NCBI GenBank assembly: GCA_035447065.1
Contig: DAOTGJ010000006.1
Coordinates: 5,668 to 69,667 of the forward strand
Length of the DNA stretch: 64,000 bases
DNA from: Candidatus Krumholzibacteriia bacterium
Lineage (GTDB): Bacteria; Krumholzibacteriota; Krumholzibacteriia; LZORAL124-64-63
Reading direction: 5' to 3'
The first letter of the stretch is position 1. Every line of letters begins with the position of its first letter. A program made the translations under genes and the position numbers. The notes under the pieces are model-generated. The model was given only the letters and a program-made list of their open reading frames with translations, did not search any database and was not told the DNA's origin. This document shows positions 52,201 to 62,242 of the stretch, in pieces.

Positions 52201-54113
52201 ACATCATCGGCCTCTCCTGGACGCCGGTGACGGATCCCAAGCTGCGCGGCTACCACGTCTACCGCAGCCAGAACGAGGGCGGTCCCTTCACGCGGGTCTC
52301 CGACGACCTGATCGAGGACATCTCGTACTTCCGCGACAAGGGCCTGGGCCTCCTCACGCGCTACTACTACCAGGTGTCCAGCGTGGACTCCAACCTGGTG
52401 GAGAGCCCCGTGTCGGCGGCCATCGCCCAGAGCACGGCGCCGCCGGAGATCACCAACTTCCCGCTGCCGTTCAACGGCGAGTCCAGCGGCCACTTCGCCG
52501 TGGGCGACGTGACCGGCGACGGTCATCTGGACATCGTCTTCGGCGCCAGCGAGATCTACGTCTGGCAGCGCGACGGCTCCGAGCTCTTCGACGGCGACGG
52601 GGACTCCCAGACCCTGGGCCCCATCACCGACGTGGACGGCACCTTCGGCCCCATGGGCATCGCCCTGGCGGAGCTCAACGGCCTGCCGGGCCTGGAGATC
52701 ATCTGCCAGGACCGCGACGCCAGGCTCCTGCACGTCTACGACGCCAAGACGGGTCAGGACCTTCCCGGCTGGCCTCAGCCCACGGGCCTGAACTGGGCCT
52801 GGGCCACGCCCGCCGTGGGGGATCTGGACAACGACGGCGATCTCGAGATCGTCATGAACAACCAGGCCGGCCAGACGCTGGTCTGGCACCACGACGGCAC
52901 GGAGCTGCTCGACGGCGACGCCAACCCCGCCACCAACGGCGTGTTCTTCGTCCGGCCCGAGGGCCGCTGGGCCTACGACCTGAGCTCGCCGGCCCTGTTC
53001 GACCTGGACGGCGACGGCAACCTGGAGATCATCTTCGGCACCAAGTACGCCTGGAACGCCGAGAACAAGCTCCACGCCCTGCGCATCGACGGCACCGAGG
53101 CCGCCGGCTTCCCCTACGTGACCGGCCTGGGCGCCAGCATCACCAGCAGCCCCACCATCGCGGACCTGAACGGCGACGGCGTGTGGGAGATCATCTTCCT
53201 GCACGAGCTGGAGAAGCTGCTGGTCGTGGAGCAGGACGGGACGGACTACCCCGGCTTCCCGATGACGCTGACGTCGAACAACGGCAACACGGCCTGCCCG
53301 AGCCCCGCCGTGGGCGACTTCGACGGCGACGGCCAGCTGGAGATCGCCTGCATCTCCACCGTGAGCGTGGTCAGCGCCTTCGTCACGGTGGTGGACACGG
53401 ATCCGGCCGGCGGCAGCGGCACCGTGCTGCCCGGCTGGCCCCAGGAGATCCCCGGCAACTCCGAGTCCAGCCCCGTGGTGGGCGACATCAACGGCGACGG
53501 GTTCCCCGACATCGTCCACGGCATCGGCGGCGGGGACGAGGAGACCCTCAACGAGATCTTCGCCTTCGACCATCAGGGCAACCCGGTGGAAGGCTTCCCC
53601 ATCACCCTGGGCGGTCCCATCCGCCCGGCGCTGGTCATCACGGACCTGGACGACGACCACGACGTGGACATCGTCTACGGCGGCTGGGACGGCGCCATGC
53701 ACGTGTGGGACATGCCCTTCCCGGCGGACGGCACCCAGATCCCCTGGGGCACCTTCCGCGGCCATTACCACCGCGACGGCGTGTACCGCAACTACAGCCC
53801 CACGGGCGTGGAGGAGGCCCCGGCCCCGGTGGACCTGACCCTGGGTTCCATCCGGCCCAACCCCTTCAACCCGAGCACCACGGTGCGCCTCTACGTGCCC
53901 GCCATGGGCCGCGAGGGGCTGGAGGTGGACGTCTTCGACGTGCAGGGCCGCCGCGTGCGCCGCCTGCACGAGGGCGCCCTGGAGGCGGGCTGGCACGACT
54001 TCGTCTGGAACGGCCGCGACGACGCCGGCAAGGCCCAGGCCAGCGGCCTGTACCTGCTGCGCGCCAAGGGCGGCGACACCTCGGTCAGCGCCAAGATGGC
54101 CCTGATCCGTTGA
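49272..54113 (+). CDS. secreted multidomain C25 (gingipain-like) cysteine peptidase with FN3/Ig domains, FG-GAP repeats and T9SS-type C-terminal sorting domain (paralog 2)
   Basis: The signal peptide is 'MVRDRLRSKPRARLAALACIAITLLLAAGVAAAA'. It has 'YAYLIITSEALAPAFEPLAAHR', 'QIGHGFFFNM' plus 'YGLNCASCAFD', 'GDVTGDGHLDIVFG' and 'DLNGDGVWEIIF', and a C-terminus 'NPFNPSTTVRLYVP...SGLYLLRAKGG...KMALIR'. Confidence 0.85.
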   Translation: MVRDRLRSKPRARLAALACIAITLLLAAGVAAAAERVLHHGVLDADKLVWESTAAGSVPRFGDAPIYLQDGVPQVPSLSVTVLVPADAALGDVTVVPLRTRLVDAPSALAYGRPLISSEGVAATQDLVSASRDRFPDAWGLDGGDSYRRGYRLQSVTVFPVRAVRGADGVWSGVEVLEEFEIRTAGTEPAPRPEDRAVRRLLVPGERERLERELASAVVNPGALGGYAREDGVPAADLPGDKTMNLGDSPYAYLIITSEALAPAFEPLAAHRTAGGLRATVKTLEWIEANYRHGADLQETVRGFIREAYERWGVEYVLLGGDTDVIPARYALSNFYPPTQTTDIPADIYYACLDGNWNADGDPYFGEAGSSTIPADDADMAAEVFLGRAPVSTPAEAQNFVTKVVDYELGTGGVHYPNKLLLAAEVLFRSEAGDITLDGASFAEEIYLELVQPNTTMDVVRMYESYNETDEFGAPLYPGSVRETRAAVIDTLDTGTFGIFVQIGHGFFFNMSMADADMTVGDADGLVNADRPFLLYGLNCASCAFDYSCLMERFVQNPTGGAIASIGASRAAFPYTSNDFQYEFFRLYYEEDVTRLGDLIDRSKLPWLSLAYSNSFTRWTFLNYTLLGDPGMALWRNRPAAVTLGTPGSVGGGDQTVNVTVSSAGSPVQDAIVTVQGGGTYATAATNASGLAAVPVTVNAAGPLSVDVHGQDLVWTSRDVPVVFGGAFVGLEDMTVLDDGTLGTVGNGNGRAEAGETVGFWPTFAGVGSSGSGAATATLVTAETGVTVVDGSVGVPALAVGAQAQSDAPFLVALAADVADGRRLDFDLAVNDGAKALYANAWSTLATAPEVEAVALDWYDTFFGDGDGVVDDGERISVRMTLKNYGGGAADVVTGRLRTNSANVNVIDSVATYGPLDLLDSSQGSGLFSFSLTSAVAAYDVRVEFTDNRGRTFSHPFALSDPTTPLNLVATGSLGPDIIGLSWTPVTDPKLRGYHVYRSQNEGGPFTRVSDDLIEDISYFRDKGLGLLTRYYYQVSSVDSNLVESPVSAAIAQSTAPPEITNFPLPFNGESSGHFAVGDVTGDGHLDIVFGASEIYVWQRDGSELFDGDGDSQTLGPITDVDGTFGPMGIALAELNGLPGLEIICQDRDARLLHVYDAKTGQDLPGWPQPTGLNWAWATPAVGDLDNDGDLEIVMNNQAGQTLVWHHDGTELLDGDANPATNGVFFVRPEGRWAYDLSSPALFDLDGDGNLEIIFGTKYAWNAENKLHALRIDGTEAAGFPYVTGLGASITSSPTIADLNGDGVWEIIFLHELEKLLVVEQDGTDYPGFPMTLTSNNGNTACPSPAVGDFDGDGQLEIACISTVSVVSAFVTVVDTDPAGGSGTVLPGWPQEIPGNSESSPVVGDINGDGFPDIVHGIGGGDEETLNEIFAFDHQGNPVEGFPITLGGPIRPALVITDLDDDHDVDIVYGGWDGAMHVWDMPFPADGTQIPWGTFRGHYHRDGVYRNYSPTGVEEAPAPVDLTLGSIRPNPFNPSTTVRLYVPAMGREGLEVDVFDVQGRRVRRLHEGALEAGWHDFVWNGRDDAGKAQASGLYLLRAKGGDTSVSAKMALIR

Positions 54114-54117
54114 CGTG

Positions 54118-54147
54118 AGGCCGGCCGACGGTTGACCCGCGGCCGGC
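54118..54147 (+). terminator. GC hairpin after peptidase gene 2 (plus second hairpin 54172-54206)
   Basis: The first hairpin is a 9-bp stem ggccggccg/cggccggcc with a 12-nt loop. The second is a 10-bp stem gggcgcggcc/ggccgcgccc. Confidence 0.35.
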
Positions 54148-54230
54148 CCACGCGCTACGTTGGATGTCGGTCGGGCGCGGCCCCTCCACCCGGAGGCGGC
54201 CGCGCCCTGCGTCTCGGAAGGACTCGCTGG

Positions 54231-55871
54231 GTGAAGATCGTCCGCCATCCGCCCTGGCCGCTGCTGCTCGCCTGCCTCCTGCTCATGGGGTGCGGGGGCG
54301 GCGACGCGCCCGACGGCGGCGGCCCCTCGGCTCCGGCCGACGCCCCCTCCCGCGGCGGCACCGCCGTGATCGCCTTCCCGGCCGAGCCCGACGTCCTCAA
54401 CCCCCTGCTCTACGCCTCGGCCTACAGCGGCATGGTCATGGTGCTGCTGAACGACTCGCTGGTGGAGATGGGGGAGGACTTCCTCTACGCGCCGCAGATC
54501 GCAGCCTCGGTCACACGGGATCCCGACGGCCTGGGCCTCACGGCGGCCCTCCGCCCCTGGCGCTGGAGCGACGGCTCGCCCCTGACGGCCGCCGACGTGG
54601 CGGCGTCCTTCCAGCTCATCCGCGATCCGGCCGTGGCCTCGCCGCGCTACGGCGCCGTGGCGCGTACGATCGTCTCGGTGACGGCGGTGGCCCCGGACAC
54701 GGTGCGCTACCGGTTCGCGGAGGCCCGCGCCGACCAGGACGCGGCCCTGGGCCACGTGCTCCTGCCCGCGCGCCTGACCGCGGATCTGGATCCGGCCGCG
54801 GTGCGCTCCTGGCCCCTCAACGAGTCGCCGCCCAGCTGCGGCATGTTCCGCCTGGAGCGCTGGGAGCACGACCGCAACCTCATCCTGGCTCGCAACGAGC
54901 AGTACGCCGGACAGGCGCCCCTTCTGGACCGCCTCCTGCTGCGCATCATCCCCGACGAGACCGCGCGCTTCCTGGAGCTGGAAACCGGCGGCGTGGACAT
55001 GATGACCGACATCCCGCCCCACCTTGCCAAGCGCCTGGAGGGCGACCCGCGCTTCGCGGTGGCGCGCACGCGCGGCCGTCTCATCGGCATGGTCTACTGG
55101 AACCATGAGGATCCGCTGTTCCAGGACGTCCGCGTGCGCAAGGCCCTCTCGCTGGCCATGGACCGCCAGGCCATCGTGGACGGGCTGCTCGGGGGCTACG
55201 GCCAGGCGGCGGCGGGGCCCATCCCGCCGGTTGTGTGGGCCCATGATCCGGCCGTCGCGCCGGATCCCCTGGATCCCGAGCGCGCGCGCGCCCTGCTGGA
55301 CGCCGCGGGCTGGCGCGACCGCGACGGCGACGGGGTGCGCGAACGCGGCGGCCGCCCCCTGCGCTTCGAGATCATCACGCGCAAGGGCGACCCCGTGCGC
55401 GAGAACGCCGTGGTGCAGCTCCGCGAGAACCTGGCGGCGGTGGGGGTGGACGCGCGGCCGCTGGTGCTGGAGTTCGCCACCGCCATCGACCGCGTGCAGG
55501 CCGGCGACTTCGCCGCCTACCTGGGGGTGTTCTCGGCCCGCCTGTCCGTGGATCCCTCCGGCCTGCTGGGCAGCGACGGCTTCGACCGCTGGAACTACGG
55601 CCGCTACGGCGACGCGCGCGCCGACAGCCTCATGCGCCTGGGCGTGGCGCTGGAGGACCGCGAGGCCGCTCGGCCGGTCTGGTCCGCCTTCCAGCAGCTC
55701 ATGGCCGAGGAGCAGCCCATGGCCTTCCTCTACCATCCCGACATGCTCGTGGCCTACGACCGTCGTCTGCGCGACGTGCGCCCGCACGTGCTCTCGCCGT
55801 TCAACAACGTGCGCGAATGGTGGATCGCGCCGGCGGACCGCCGCTATCCCGCCGCCGAAACTTCCCGGTAA
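54231..55871 (+). CDS. ABC transporter substrate-binding lipoprotein, family 5 (peptide/nickel, OppA/DppA-like)
   Basis: It starts at GTG. The lipoprotein signal is 'WPLLLACLLLMGCGGG', and the family-5 SBP architecture includes 'LVEMGEDFLYAPQIA' and 'RKGDPVRENAVVQL'. I found no permease or ATPase genes adjacent. Confidence 0.8.
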   Translation: MKIVRHPPWPLLLACLLLMGCGGGDAPDGGGPSAPADAPSRGGTAVIAFPAEPDVLNPLLYASAYSGMVMVLLNDSLVEMGEDFLYAPQIAASVTRDPDGLGLTAALRPWRWSDGSPLTAADVAASFQLIRDPAVASPRYGAVARTIVSVTAVAPDTVRYRFAEARADQDAALGHVLLPARLTADLDPAAVRSWPLNESPPSCGMFRLERWEHDRNLILARNEQYAGQAPLLDRLLLRIIPDETARFLELETGGVDMMTDIPPHLAKRLEGDPRFAVARTRGRLIGMVYWNHEDPLFQDVRVRKALSLAMDRQAIVDGLLGGYGQAAAGPIPPVVWAHDPAVAPDPLDPERARALLDAAGWRDRDGDGVRERGGRPLRFEIITRKGDPVRENAVVQLRENLAAVGVDARPLVLEFATAIDRVQAGDFAAYLGVFSARLSVDPSGLLGSDGFDRWNYGRYGDARADSLMRLGVALEDREAARPVWSAFQQLMAEEQPMAFLYHPDMLVAYDRRLRDVRPHVLSPFNNVREWWIAPADRRYPAAETSR

Positions 55872-55906
55872 TATTGTTGACACCTCCCCGGGGCCGGTGC
55901 TTTCCT

Positions 55907-55924
55907 GGCGGTAATATTACCGCC
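55907..55924. promoter_or_regulatory. 18-bp perfect AT-cored palindrome GGCGGTAATATTACCGCC (operator candidate) with upstream half-site CGGTAATATT and TTGACA
   Basis: The palindrome lies 29 nt upstream of the ATG of the HARE-HTH/H1-like gene. A partial copy at 55866-55875 is followed by TTGACA at 55877-55882. Confidence 0.35.
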
Positions 55925-55952
55925 CGCCCTCGTGTCCTCAGGAGGATTCTCC

Positions 55953-56801
55953 ATGGCATCCCGACTGACCCGACTGGCCGATGAACTCTCGCTGGACGAC
56001 CTCAAGCGCCTGCTGCAGGTGAAGGAGAAGATGACCGTGCTGGAGGCGCGGCGCGCCAAGCTGGCCTCCGAGCTCCAGGACGTCGACTCCGAGCTGGCCC
56101 AGCTCCGCCAGGGCATGACGGGCGGGCGCGGTCGTCCCGCCAAGACCAGGACGCGCGTGAAGACGGCCCGCGCCCCGCGCGCCCGCAAGGGCGACACGGT
56201 GGCCGGCGTGGTGGAGGAGCTCATCCGCGCCACCGGCCGGGCCATGACCTTCAAGGAGATCCACGACGCCGTGACGGAGGGCAAGCTCGTCACCACGCGC
56301 TCCAAGGATTTCGCCAACGTGCTGCGGCGCACCCTGTCCACCAGCGACGCCTTCGTGCGCGTGGGCCGCGGCGTGTACGGCGTATCCGGCGTGACCAAGG
56401 CGCCGGCCGCGGCGCCGGCCGCCAAGGCGACCGCCGGGAAGAAGACGGCGAAGAAGGCGGCCAAGAAGAAGACCGCGAAGAAGAAGGCCGCCGGCAAGAA
56501 GGTCGCCAAGAAGGCCGTCGCCAAGAAGGCGGGGCGGAAGGCCGCGGCGAAGAAGGTCGTCAAGAAGACCGCCGCCAAGCGCGGCGGTCGCCGGGCCGCG
56601 GGCGGCACCCTGGAGGACGTGGTGGTCGCGCTGCTGCGCAAGGCAGGCAAGCCGCTGGGCTTCCAGGACCTGCTGAAGACCATCGTGGACGGCAAGCTGT
56701 TCAAGAGCAAGGCCAAGGACTTCAGCAACGTGCTGCGCCGCACGCTGTCCACGAGCAAGAAGGTCCAGCGGCAGGGCCGCGGCGTCTACGGGCTGGCCTA
56801 G
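55953..56801 (+). CDS. DNA-binding protein with two HARE-HTH-like winged-helix domains separated by a histone H1-like Lys/Ala-rich linker
   Basis: An AGGAGG RBS precedes the start. An N-terminal coiled coil is followed by two repeats 'F(K/Q)(E/D)I...GKL...SKDF(A/S)NVLRRTLSTS...V.R.GRGVYG(V/L)' flanking 'AKKAAKKKTAKKKAAGKKVAKKAVAKKAGRKAAAKKVVKK'. Confidence 0.6.
   Translation: MASRLTRLADELSLDDLKRLLQVKEKMTVLEARRAKLASELQDVDSELAQLRQGMTGGRGRPAKTRTRVKTARAPRARKGDTVAGVVEELIRATGRAMTFKEIHDAVTEGKLVTTRSKDFANVLRRTLSTSDAFVRVGRGVYGVSGVTKAPAAAPAAKATAGKKTAKKAAKKKTAKKKAAGKKVAKKAVAKKAGRKAAAKKVVKKTAAKRGGRRAAGGTLEDVVVALLRKAGKPLGFQDLLKTIVDGKLFKSKAKDFSNVLRRTLSTSKKVQRQGRGVYGLA
56400..56598 (+). repeat. low-complexity Lys/Ala codon repeat (AAGAAGGCC-type) encoding the H1-like linker
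   Basis: I observed a run of GCC/AAG/AAGAAG repeats in the sequence. It is a protein-level KA repeat. Confidence 0.5.
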
Positions 56802-56831
56802 CAGGTCGCGGAGCCTGGCCGTTCGCGGAAC

Positions 56832-57176
56832 CTAGCCCGGCGGCCAGCTCATGGCGCGGCCGCCCAGCACGTGCAGGTGCAGGTGCGGCACGCTCTGGCA
56901 GCCGTCCTCGCCGCAGTTGATCACGAAGCGGTAGCCGCCGTCGTCCAGGCCCAGGCGGCGCGCCGTCGCGACACCCATGAGGGCCAGGCGGCCCATCAAG
57001 CCCTCGTCGCCGTCCTGGAGATCGGTCAGGGCGGCGACGTGGCGTCTGGGGATCACCAGCACGTGCGCGGGGGCCTGGGGGTTGATGTCGCGGAAGGCCA
57101 GGAACTCGTCGTCCTGGAGCACGGGATCGCAGGGGATGATCCCCGCGGCGATCTGGCAGAAGAGGCAGTCGGACAT
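56832..57176 (-). CDS. HIT family (histidine triad) protein
   Basis: It has 'CLFCQIAAG', 'AFRDINPQAPAHVLVIP' and 'HLHLHVLGG'. It is the genuine 3' portion of a spurious 678-aa antisense ORF. An alternative start lies 7 codons upstream. Confidence 0.85.
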   Translation of the reverse strand: MSDCLFCQIAAGIIPCDPVLQDDEFLAFRDINPQAPAHVLVIPRRHVAALTDLQDGDEGLMGRLALMGVATARRLGLDDGGYRFVINCGEDGCQSVPHLHLHVLGGRAMSWPPG

Positions 57177-57272
57177 GGAGCATCGTTCCTCGGTCATGGG
57201 TTCCGGCGCACGCGCGCCGCTGAGGTGCGGCCACGCTACCACGCGCGGCGGGCGCGGACAACCGGAGGCGTC

Positions 57273-58229
57273 GTGCGCGCCCTGGTGATCGGCTACCACG
57301 CCTGGGACGTGCTGGTGCCGTGCGCGGAGCTGCCGCCCCCGGACGCCAAGCGCGAGTGCCCGGGCATGCTGGCGGCAGGCGGCGGTCCGGCCGCCACGGC
57401 CGCGGTGGCCCTGGCGCGTCTGGGCGTGGACGTGCGCTACGTGGGCCTGCTGCCCGACGACGGCCCCGGACGGCTGCAGGCCGCGGAGCTGATGTCCGCG
57501 GGGGTGGACCTCTCCCTGGCGGTGCCGGCCCCGGGCGCCCGCTCGCCCCTGGCCGTGAGCCTGGTGGATCCGGCCACCGGCGCCCGCCGCATCCTCTGGG
57601 ACCGCGGCGATCTGCGCGCCCTGCGCGCCGACGAGGCGGATCCAGCCTGGCTCGACGACGCGGACCTCCTGCTGGCCGACACCCACGAGCCCGCCGCGGC
57701 CCTGGTCCTGGCCCGGGCCGCCGCCGCGCGCGGGCTGCCTTCGGTGCTGGATGCCGGCACGCCCCGCCCCGGCGCCCGGGAGCTGGCCGCGGCCTGCAGC
57801 GACGTCATCGCCGCCTCGGGGTTCGCCCGCGCGGTGACCGGAGAAGCCGAGCCGCGCCGCGCCCTGGCGGAGCTCCGGCGGCTGGGACCGGACCGCACGG
57901 CCACCACCTGCGGAATCCACGGCGCCCTGGGCCTGGACCGAGATGGTTTCCGCCACGCGCCGGCCTACGCGGTGCGGGCCGTGGACACCACCGGCGCCGG
58001 CGACGCCTTCCACGCGGGCTACGCCTGGGGCCTGCTGCGGGGGGAGGACTTCCCGGGAGCCCTGGACTGCGGCGCCGCCGTGGCGGCCCTGGCCGTGGGC
58101 GCCCTGGGAGGACGCGTTGCCCTGCCTGCGCCGGAGGCCGTCCTGCGCCTGCGCGCCGAGGGGGACAGGCTTCCGGTCCAGGATCCGGCCCATCCCGCTT
58201 TCCCGTGCGACCGCGACCCCTCGGGTTGA
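57273..58229 (+). CDS. PfkB-family carbohydrate kinase
   Basis: It starts at GTG with a GGAGG RBS. It has 'DTTGAGDAFHAGYAWGLL' and 'AAGGGPAATAAVALARLG'. Confidence 0.85.
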   Translation: MRALVIGYHAWDVLVPCAELPPPDAKRECPGMLAAGGGPAATAAVALARLGVDVRYVGLLPDDGPGRLQAAELMSAGVDLSLAVPAPGARSPLAVSLVDPATGARRILWDRGDLRALRADEADPAWLDDADLLLADTHEPAAALVLARAAAARGLPSVLDAGTPRPGARELAAACSDVIAASGFARAVTGEAEPRRALAELRRLGPDRTATTCGIHGALGLDRDGFRHAPAYAVRAVDTTGAGDAFHAGYAWGLLRGEDFPGALDCGAAVAALAVGALGGRVALPAPEAVLRLRAEGDRLPVQDPAHPAFPCDRDPSG

Positions 58230-58255
58230 CGCTTCCCCGCGGCGGTGGCTACCAT
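58226..58255 (+). promoter_or_regulatory. promoter candidate TTGACG-N18-TACCAT upstream of hsp20-lon
   Basis: It overlaps the pfkB-like stop. The -10 TACCAT is the same hexamer proposed for peptidase gene 1. Confidence 0.2.
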
Positions 58256-58307
58256 GCAGCGATGCCCGCGCCGACCCCGACCGGCGGCGCGGCGGAGGGA
58301 GACGACG

Positions 58308-58760
58308 ATGATCACCCGCGACGAGGCTCGCGGCGGCAGCGGCCGCCCGGGCGGCGACTTCTTCGAGATCCTGGTGACCCGCTACCGGGGCGGCCCGTCC
58401 GCCGGTTCCGGCGACGACCTGAACTGGCAGCCGGCCACCGACGTGTACGAGACCGAGGACGCCTTCGTGGTGCAGATGGACCTGGCGGGCATGGACCCGT
58501 CCAGCATCGAGGTGCTCGCCGACGCGGAGCTGATGCTGGTGCGCGGCACGCGCCGCGACATCGCGCCGCCGGGCAAGAAGCACTACTTCACCATGGAGAT
58601 CAGCGTGGGGCCCTTCGCCCGGCGCGTGGCCTTCCCCGTGCCGGTGCGGCCGGAGACGGCGGAGGCCCGCTACCGCGACGGCTTCCTCTTCGTGAGCTTC
58701 CGGCGCGGCGACGGCCCCGCCGACACCGACCGCCGCCGCATCGAAGTGGGCGGCTCCTGA
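58308..58760 (+). CDS. Hsp20/alpha-crystallin family small heat shock protein
   Basis: It has 'WQPATDVYETEDAFVVQMDLAGMDPSSIEV' and 'GFLFVSF'. A GGAGGGA RBS precedes the start. The track ORF has an N-terminal extension that I reject. Confidence 0.85.
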   Translation: MITRDEARGGSGRPGGDFFEILVTRYRGGPSAGSGDDLNWQPATDVYETEDAFVVQMDLAGMDPSSIEVLADAELMLVRGTRRDIAPPGKKHYFTMEISVGPFARRVAFPVPVRPETAEARYRDGFLFVSFRRGDGPADTDRRRIEVGGS

Positions 58761-58794
58761 CCATCGGCCCCGAGCAACCACGGAAGGACCTGGG

Positions 58795-61164
<2,370 letters not shown>

Positions 61165-61183
61165 AGGGCGGGGCGACGCGCGC

Positions 61184-62242
61184 ATGGGCGTGATGGCCGG
61201 ACTGGTGGGCAGGTTCCTGGGCGGCGGCGAGCCGGCCGCCTTCCGCCTGCCCGGCACCCTGGGCGACGCCGCCGAGATCCTGGCCGTGGACACGGGCGAC
61301 CTGGCGGACCTGCTCTTCTACGCGCCCCTGCTGCGGGCCATCCGCCAGCGCCATCCGCGGGCGCGCATCGACATGCTGCTGCCCGAGCGGCACGTCAGCG
61401 TGGTGCAGCCTTCGGGCCTGGTGCGGGACTGCCTGGTCTACAACGCCAAGCAGCTGCGCACCTGGACGCCCGGCTACCTGAACCTGGCCCGCGGCGTGGG
61501 CAAGCGCACCTACGACCTCTCGGTGGTCATGTCCTTCGAGGCGGCGCCGGCCCTGGAGGGCGTGGCCCTGGCCACGGGCGCGCCGCTGCGCCTGGGCCCG
61601 TCCCATGCCAAGGCGTACCCAGGCGTGAACTTCGAGCTGCGCGCGCGCGAGGACGACCGGCGCTACCGCGGCGCCCGCCTGGGCGCCATGGCGCCCTTCC
61701 TGGGGCTGCCGCCCTTCGAGGACCTGCGGGCCTGGCCCCTGCCCGACGAGCACCGCCGCCGCACGGCCCAGCGCGTGCGTCTGAACAAGCCCCGCCGCGA
61801 CGAGCTCCTGGTGGGCGTGGACCCTTCCCTGGGGCACGGCGGCAACGGGCTGGCCCTGCAGGCCCTGCAGTTCCTCTGGCGCCAGCTCGCCAGCCAGATG
61901 GCCTGCCGCGCCCTGCCCCTGACCCTGCACGAGGATGGGGAGCGTCTGAAGCGCTTCGAGGAGGGTCTGGACCAGACGCCCCTGGACCTGCCCCGCGACA
62001 CCCTCTTCGACACCCTGCTGCTGGCCGCCGAGTGCGACCTGCTGGTGGCCGGCAACACGGACCTCTTCCACTTCGCCGTGAGCCTGGGCGTGCCTTGCCT
62101 GGGCCTCTTCACCGCCGAGGACGCTCCCTGCTGGGAGCCCCGCGATCTGCCTCACGTCCGCGTGCTGCGCGTGACCGAGGGCCGGCGCATGGAGGTGGAC
62201 GTGCTCATGGCGGCCGTGACGGCGGTGCGGAGCGGCCGATGA
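61184..62242 (+). CDS. glycosyltransferase family 9 (LPS heptosyltransferase)
   Basis: The N-terminus 'ILAVDTGDLADLLFYAPLLRAIRQRHPRARIDML' resembles GT9 proteins, and there is 'LLVAGNTDLFHFAVSLGVPCLGLF'. Confidence 0.75.
   Translation: MGVMAGLVGRFLGGGEPAAFRLPGTLGDAAEILAVDTGDLADLLFYAPLLRAIRQRHPRARIDMLLPERHVSVVQPSGLVRDCLVYNAKQLRTWTPGYLNLARGVGKRTYDLSVVMSFEAAPALEGVALATGAPLRLGPSHAKAYPGVNFELRAREDDRRYRGARLGAMAPFLGLPPFEDLRAWPLPDEHRRRTAQRVRLNKPRRDELLVGVDPSLGHGGNGLALQALQFLWRQLASQMACRALPLTLHEDGERLKRFEEGLDQTPLDLPRDTLFDTLLLAAECDLLVAGNTDLFHFAVSLGVPCLGLFTAEDAPCWEPRDLPHVRVLRVTEGRRMEVDVLMAAVTAVRSGR

Noticed and set aside
44162-55883. Two giant antisense ORFs (1621 aa and 2271 aa) opposite the peptidase genes
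   Set aside because: Their composition is extremely rich in Gly, Ala, Arg, Val and His, with no domain signal. The sense-strand genes have signal peptides, catalytic motifs and C-terminal sorting domains. These are long open frames produced by GC-rich antisense sequence.
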